Positions 59,391 through 64,000 of a DNA stretch of 64,000 nucleotides are shown piece after piece. The notes beneath the pieces were generated by a model, which was not told the DNA's origin, did not search any database, and worked only from the letters and a program-made list of their open reading frames with translations. The position numbers and the translations under genes were made by a program. Origin of the DNA: Spirochaetia bacterium (lineage in GTDB: Bacteria > Spirochaetota > Spirochaetia > DAHUYW01). Position 1 is the stretch's first letter; the number at the start of each line of letters is the position of its first letter. The stretch covers positions 10,174-74,173 of the forward strand of contig JASHNV010000146.1 in NCBI GenBank assembly GCA_030041455.1. Reading direction: 5' to 3'.

Positions 59391-61607
59391 ATGACACCGA
59401 AGAAGGTCGCGTTCATCTCCTCCTTTCTTCCGCGCAAGTGCGGAATAGCCACCTTCACCGCCGACCTCATCAAGAACGCGTCCGCGGCAGGCGGCGAGAG
59501 CTTCGCGCCCATCGTCATCGCCATGGAAAACGGCTCCCACGTCTACGACGAGCGGGTTACCTTCAAGATCACGCAGGACCTCAAGCAGGATTACATCGCC
59601 GCCGCGGAGTACATCAACTTCTCGGGGGTCACGAGCGTCTGCCTCCAGCACGAGTTCGGCCTTTTCGGAGGGGAGGCGGGGAGCTACATCAACCTTCTCC
59701 TGAACAAGGTCTCCGCGCCCATTACGACCACGCTCCACACGATTCTCGAGGAGCCCGACAACGCGCTGTACCAGGAGCTCGTGTCCATCGCGGAGGCGTC
59801 CGACCGCGTGGTCGTCATGAGCAGGCGCTCCGAGCGGGTGCTGCGGGAGCTGTACCGAGTCCCGCCGAGCAAGATCGCCTTCATTCCGCACGGGGCGCCC
59901 GACATCGACTTCGTCGACTCGACCTACTACAAGCAGGCCCTCGGTTTCCACGGCCGGACCCTGATTCTCACCTTCGGGCTCCTCGCGCAGAACAAGGGGA
60001 TCGAGTACGCGATCCGGTCGCTCCCGCCGATCGTCAAGGACGATCCCTCGGTGCTCTACGCGGTCGTCGGCGTCACCCACCCGGAGGTCGTCAAGAACGA
60101 GGGGGAGGCGTACCGCCTCTCGCTCATGCGCCTCGTCGAGGAGCTCGAGCTCGAAGGCCACGTCGTGTTCGTCGACCGATTCGTGAGCGACGAGGACCTT
60201 CGCACCTACCTGAGCGCCGCGGATATCTACCTCACGCCCTACCTCGTCAAGGAACAGGCGATCTCGGGGACGCTGTCCTTCGCGCTCGCCGCCGGCAAGG
60301 CGATCATCTCGACGCCCTACTGGTACGCCGAGGAGCTCCTCGCGGAGAGGCGCGGCGAGATCGTGCCCTTCCGCGACGCGCTCGCCATCACCGCCGGGCT
60401 CCGGACGCTCCTCGGCGACCGCCAGGGCGCCTACGCGATGCGCGAGCGCGCCTACGAGTTCGGCCGCACGATGACCTGGTCGAAGGCGGGAGCGATGTAC
60501 TGGGCGCTCTTCTCGCGCTACGGCTCGCCTCCGGCGATCAAGATCAAGTCGTTCGAGTTCGAGGCGGTGCGCAACGTTCCCCAGCCCCTCATGAACCACC
60601 TCCAGCGCCTCACCGACGATACCGGCATCCTCCAGCACGCGAAGTTCATCATTCCCGACCGCTCAAGCGGCTATTGCACCGACGACAACGCCCGCGCGCT
60701 GGAAGCGACGGCGCTCTACTATGATCAATACCGCGAGCGGGAGGCGCTGCGCCTGCTCGATACCTACCTCTCCTTCGTCGCCTACGCCCAGAAGGACTCC
60801 GGCGAGTTCCACAACTTCATGGGCTTCGACCGGCGCTTCGCCGAGGAGGATACCTACTCCGGCGACCAGACCGGGCGCGCGCTGTCCGGCCTCGGCATGG
60901 TCATCGCGAAGCCGCCGCTCCCGCAGTATCGGCTCTACGCCCGCGAGAAGTTCGACCGTTCGCTTCCGGTCATCCGCCACCTCAACGTGCGGGGCAAGGC
61001 GCACGCGATCAACGGCCTCGCCCACTACCTCGCGGTGCACCCGGAGAAGGACGATTTGCGGACCGAGATAGCCGGAGCGGCCGACTCCCTCGTCGAGCGC
61101 TTCCGCGAGACCGCCACCGGTGACTGGGAGTGGTACGAGGACGTCCTCACCTACGACAACGGCATCATGCCCCGCGCTCTCTTCATCGCCGCGAAGGTTC
61201 TCAAGAACCGAGGCTATCTCGACGTCGCGGTCACGACGTGCCGCTTTCTCGTCTCGAGGATCTCAAACGGGCGGTGGTTTTCGTTCGTCGGCTCGAACGG
61301 CTGGTACCCGAGGGGCGGGACAAAGGCGCGCTACGACCAGCAGGCGGTCGAGGCGGTGAGCACGGTGCAGATGCTCGGCTCGGCGTACGAGGCGACCGGC
61401 GACTCCGCCTACGTGGACTTGCAGCGGACCGCCTTCAACTGGTTCCTCGGCGTCAACGACAAGGAGCTTCCGCTCTACGATTTCACGACCCACGGCTGCT
61501 ACGACGGCCTGCACGAGACGGGGGTCAACCTGAACCAGGGAGCCGAGAGCCTGCTCTCCTACATGCTCGCGCTCTTCTGCGTCATCGAGACCTCCACGAT
61601 CCTGTAG
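59391..61607 (+). CDS. Glycosyltransferase family 4 N-terminal domain fused to an about 340-aa C-terminal domain of unknown function (possibly an (alpha/alpha)6-like glycoside-binding module)
   Basis: ATG 59391 (MTPKKVAFISSFLPRKCGIATF...), GAGGGG SD. Residues about 1-390 have a GT-B fold (...YLTPY..E.ISGTLSFALAAGKAIISTP). The C-terminal part (HAKFIIPDRSSGYCTDDNARALE...) has no Rossmann signature. Confidence 0.65.
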   Translation: MTPKKVAFISSFLPRKCGIATFTADLIKNASAAGGESFAPIVIAMENGSHVYDERVTFKITQDLKQDYIAAAEYINFSGVTSVCLQHEFGLFGGEAGSYINLLLNKVSAPITTTLHTILEEPDNALYQELVSIAEASDRVVVMSRRSERVLRELYRVPPSKIAFIPHGAPDIDFVDSTYYKQALGFHGRTLILTFGLLAQNKGIEYAIRSLPPIVKDDPSVLYAVVGVTHPEVVKNEGEAYRLSLMRLVEELELEGHVVFVDRFVSDEDLRTYLSAADIYLTPYLVKEQAISGTLSFALAAGKAIISTPYWYAEELLAERRGEIVPFRDALAITAGLRTLLGDRQGAYAMRERAYEFGRTMTWSKAGAMYWALFSRYGSPPAIKIKSFEFEAVRNVPQPLMNHLQRLTDDTGILQHAKFIIPDRSSGYCTDDNARALEATALYYDQYREREALRLLDTYLSFVAYAQKDSGEFHNFMGFDRRFAEEDTYSGDQTGRALSGLGMVIAKPPLPQYRLYAREKFDRSLPVIRHLNVRGKAHAINGLAHYLAVHPEKDDLRTEIAGAADSLVERFRETATGDWEWYEDVLTYDNGIMPRALFIAAKVLKNRGYLDVAVTTCRFLVSRISNGRWFSFVGSNGWYPRGGTKARYDQQAVEAVSTVQMLGSAYEATGDSAYVDLQRTAFNWFLGVNDKELPLYDFTTHGCYDGLHETGVNLNQGAESLLSYMLALFCVIETSTIL

Positions 61608-61654
61608 GCGGCAACTGGACATTTCCGGCCGGTCGGTGAATAATTCCGCCATCT

Positions 61655-63070
61655 ATGGAACAGAAACCGATGAGCACCAGCGAGAAGGCCATGAGGATCA
61701 ACCTCGACAAGGCCGTTCACGGGACCCTCGCGGAGATCGGCGCCGGGCAGGAGGTCGCCCGCTGGCTGTTCCGCGTCGGTGGGGCGGCGAGCACGGTCGC
61801 GAAGACCATCTCGGCCTACGACATGGCGGTGAGCGACGCCATCTACGGCACAGCCGACCGGTACGTGAGCCGCCGCCGCCTGGAAGCGATGCTCGACCAC
61901 GAGTACAGCCTGCTCCTCGAGAGGCTCAACGAGAAGCGCGGCTCGAACACCTGCTTTTTCGTCTTCGCCGACACCGTTGCCGCGCGCAGCTACTCCCGCC
62001 ACGAGGAGGGCCAAGGCTGGCTGGGGGTCCGGTTTCAGTCGTCGCCGCACAGCGATCCGTGCGACATCATCATCCACGTGCGGATGTTCGACACCGAGAA
62101 CACCCACGAGCAGGAGGCGCTCGGGATCGTCGGCATGAACCTCCTCCACGGCGCCTACTACCTGCGCGAGAATCCGGAGGCGCTCATCCGCTCGCTTCTC
62201 GACGATCTCTCGCGAGACCGCATCGAGATCGACATGATCAAGTTCGGCGGCCACTGCTTCACGCACCTCGACGCCCGTCTCATGAGCCTCAGGCTCGTCC
62301 AGCTCGGCCTCACCGAGGCGGCGATGTTCACCGCGGACGGCGAAGCGATCCAACCGGGCGAGGTGCTCCACAACAAGCCCGTGCTCATCCTGCGGGGAAG
62401 CTTTCGGCCGATCACCAACACCGTCATGGACATGCTCGAGAGCGCCGTCGAGCAGTTCCTGCCGAGCGCGCAGGAGTCAAGCGGCGAGCCGGTCATCCTC
62501 ATGGAGATGACGCTTCACAACCTCGCGGGGGACTCGGGGATAGACCCGGAGGACTTCCTCGAGCGCGCGAAGATCCTCGAGGGGCTCGGCAAGACCGTGC
62601 TCATCAGCAACCTCGCCCATTACCACAGCGTCGCCGTCTACCTTTCCCACTACACGAACAATCGAATCGGCATCGTGCTCGGCATCCCGGCGCTCGAGCA
62701 GGTGTTCGACGAGCGCTATTACTCGGAGCTCGACGGCGGCATTCTCGAGGCCTTCGGCCGCCTCTTCAAGGCGCGCGTCGAGATGCTCGTCTATCCTTCG
62801 TTCGACGCCGTCGTAGGCCAGCAGATCTCCGTCGCCAACATGCAGGTCGCGCCCCAGCTCCGCCACCTCTACCAGCATCTCGTCGAGAACCGGCTGCTCG
62901 TGCCGATCCGGCCGCTCAACCAGAACCAGCTCGGCGTCTTTCCCCGACAGGTCCTCGCGCTCATCCAGAAGGGCGATCCGAACTGGGAGCGGAACGTGCC
63001 GCCCCAGGTGGCAAAGCTCATCAAAGAGGGCCACTATTTCGGCTACACCGACCCGGTGACGGCGGGCTGA
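61655..63070 (+). CDS. Hypothetical protein (471 aa)
   Basis: Long ORF with realistic composition directly after the glycosyltransferase fusion gene. I recognise no motif. Confidence 0.5.
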   Translation: MEQKPMSTSEKAMRINLDKAVHGTLAEIGAGQEVARWLFRVGGAASTVAKTISAYDMAVSDAIYGTADRYVSRRRLEAMLDHEYSLLLERLNEKRGSNTCFFVFADTVAARSYSRHEEGQGWLGVRFQSSPHSDPCDIIIHVRMFDTENTHEQEALGIVGMNLLHGAYYLRENPEALIRSLLDDLSRDRIEIDMIKFGGHCFTHLDARLMSLRLVQLGLTEAAMFTADGEAIQPGEVLHNKPVLILRGSFRPITNTVMDMLESAVEQFLPSAQESSGEPVILMEMTLHNLAGDSGIDPEDFLERAKILEGLGKTVLISNLAHYHSVAVYLSHYTNNRIGIVLGIPALEQVFDERYYSELDGGILEAFGRLFKARVEMLVYPSFDAVVGQQISVANMQVAPQLRHLYQHLVENRLLVPIRPLNQNQLGVFPRQVLALIQKGDPNWERNVPPQVAKLIKEGHYFGYTDPVTAG

Positions 63071-63161
63071 AGGCGCGAGTCCGGGATCCGCACGCGGCCT
63101 TCCGGGCTCCAGCGTCCGCTTCGAGCTCCCGGGCCCGTTCAGCCGGCCCTGGAAGCGCCGC

Positions 63162-63551
63162 TCAGGCGTACCTCCGCGCGAGGAGCCACAGCGAGGCGAG
63201 GATCACGACGTTCGGCGACAGCTGCTGCAGCCACAGGAGAAAATCGGGCCGCGAGAAATTATAGAAGAAAAACACGAAGAGGATTCTGAGCGCCCAGAAG
63301 ATCAAGACGGCGACCAGAATTGCGGAGGTCGCTCGCGAGTCGACCCGCACGACGAGCGGGACGACGATGAGGACGCCCGCGACGATGGAAAGGATCGAGA
63401 CAAAGAGGCCGAACGAGTCGCTTCGCGCGCCGAAGAGCCGGTCGATCTCGTGGTGATAGGTCACGATGCCCGCGAGGCCGAGCAGGAACAGGAAGGCAGC
63501 AACCGAGAGCTGAACGAACAGGAGAGAGCCGTCGGAGCCGGGTTTCGCCAT
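63162..63551 (-). CDS. Small integral membrane protein (129 aa, 4 TMS)
   Basis: ATG 63551 with strong AAGGAGGA SD (MAKPGSDGSLLFVQLSVAAFLFLLGLAG...). Confidence 0.55.
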   Translation of the reverse strand: MAKPGSDGSLLFVQLSVAAFLFLLGLAGIVTYHHEIDRLFGARSDSFGLFVSILSIVAGVLIVVPLVVRVDSRATSAILVAVLIFWALRILFVFFFYNFSRPDFLLWLQQLSPNVVILASLWLLARRYA

Positions 63552-63724
63552 GATCATCCTCCTTACCGTGTCGTTGGAGTATAGCGCATCCTCCCGCAAA
63601 AAGCGGAGAGACGCGGGCGGGGACGCCGTCCCCGCGGATGATCCGGGCCCCGGCTCGACCTGGGTCCATCGCTCGCGTATCGTGAGGCGAGGCGGTCACC
63701 GCCCGGCGCGCGGATTCCGGGACG

Positions 63725-64000
63725 TCACCGCTCGCCGCTTCGCAGGGCGCGGCGCGACTTCAGGAAGTAGAAGCCGACCGTCGCAAACGTTGCGAGGGGC
63801 GAGGCCCAGCTCGGGATCGGGATGCCGAAGGCGTCGAGGAGCATGATGACGCCGAGAAAGAGGATCGAGTACATCGCGCCGTTCTTGAGGAAGCGGTAGC
63901 GCTTGATCGTCGCGACGCTTCGGACGGTGATCTCTCGAACGAGGAAGGCGCCGAGGCCGTTGCCGGCGAGGATGAGCGGCACGGCAAGGGTGAAGGCGAA
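63725..64000 (-). CDS. Membrane protein, C-terminal fragment (the gene continues beyond the window end)
   Basis: Hydrophobic C-terminal 85 aa (…AMYSILFLGVIMLLDAFGIPIPSWASPLATFATVGFYFLK…); the frame is open to the last base. Confidence 0.35.
   Translation of the reverse strand, partial: FAFTLAVPLILAGNGLGAFLVREITVRSVATIKRYRFLKNGAMYSILFLGVIMLLDAFGIPIPSWASPLATFATVGFYFLKSRRALRSGER

Overview
This is a high-GC (about 70%) bacterial chromosomal segment with roughly 58 protein-coding genes. I found no rRNA, tRNA or CRISPR array. Long Arg/Pro/Ala-rich antisense ORFs typical of high-GC DNA are common and were discarded. The main contents, in order: (1) A truncated SMUG1-type uracil-DNA glycosylase divergent from a UVR-motif protein, then an SDR and a GH36-like alpha-galactosidase. 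(2) A complete L-arabinose locus. The minus-strand operon is araB, araD, an AraNPQ-like ABC transporter (binding protein plus two permeases, no ATPase) and araA. It is transcribed divergently from an AraR-type GntR/PBP1 repressor. The intergenic region has two GTAC-cored palindromic operators in a mirror-symmetric layout. araR is translationally coupled through 4-nt start/stop overlaps to an unusual module: FGGY sugar kinase, D-2-hydroxyacid dehydrogenase, SDR. (3) A CheY-like receiver plus HAD hydrolase, hflX preceded by a lower-GC hypothetical gene, two MFS transporters, acetyl-CoA synthetase and a LysR/DapA-like divergent pair. An MmyB-like regulator sits upstream of one MFS gene with a candidate palindromic operator. 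An NfeD-stomatin(SPFH) operon lies next to ychF. (4) A sigma54-dependent sensory module: secreted PDZ protein, HAMP histidine kinase, NtrC-type activator, a good -24/-12 promoter, two PBP1 sugar-binding proteins, ABC ATPase and permease, and an orphan hybrid kinase. (5) c-di-GMP enzymes (GAF-GGDEF and GAF-HD-GYP), two of several genes with apparently leaderless promoters. (6) A glycoside metabolism cluster: LmbE-type deacetylase coupled to a GT4 transferase, a GH100/GH63-like (alpha/alpha)6 hydrolase, a GH130-like phosphorylase, a GT4 fused to an unknown C-terminal domain, and a conserved 471-aa hypothetical. Several 500-700 bp stretches have no credible gene. Coordinates are approximate and start codons are uncertain throughout.
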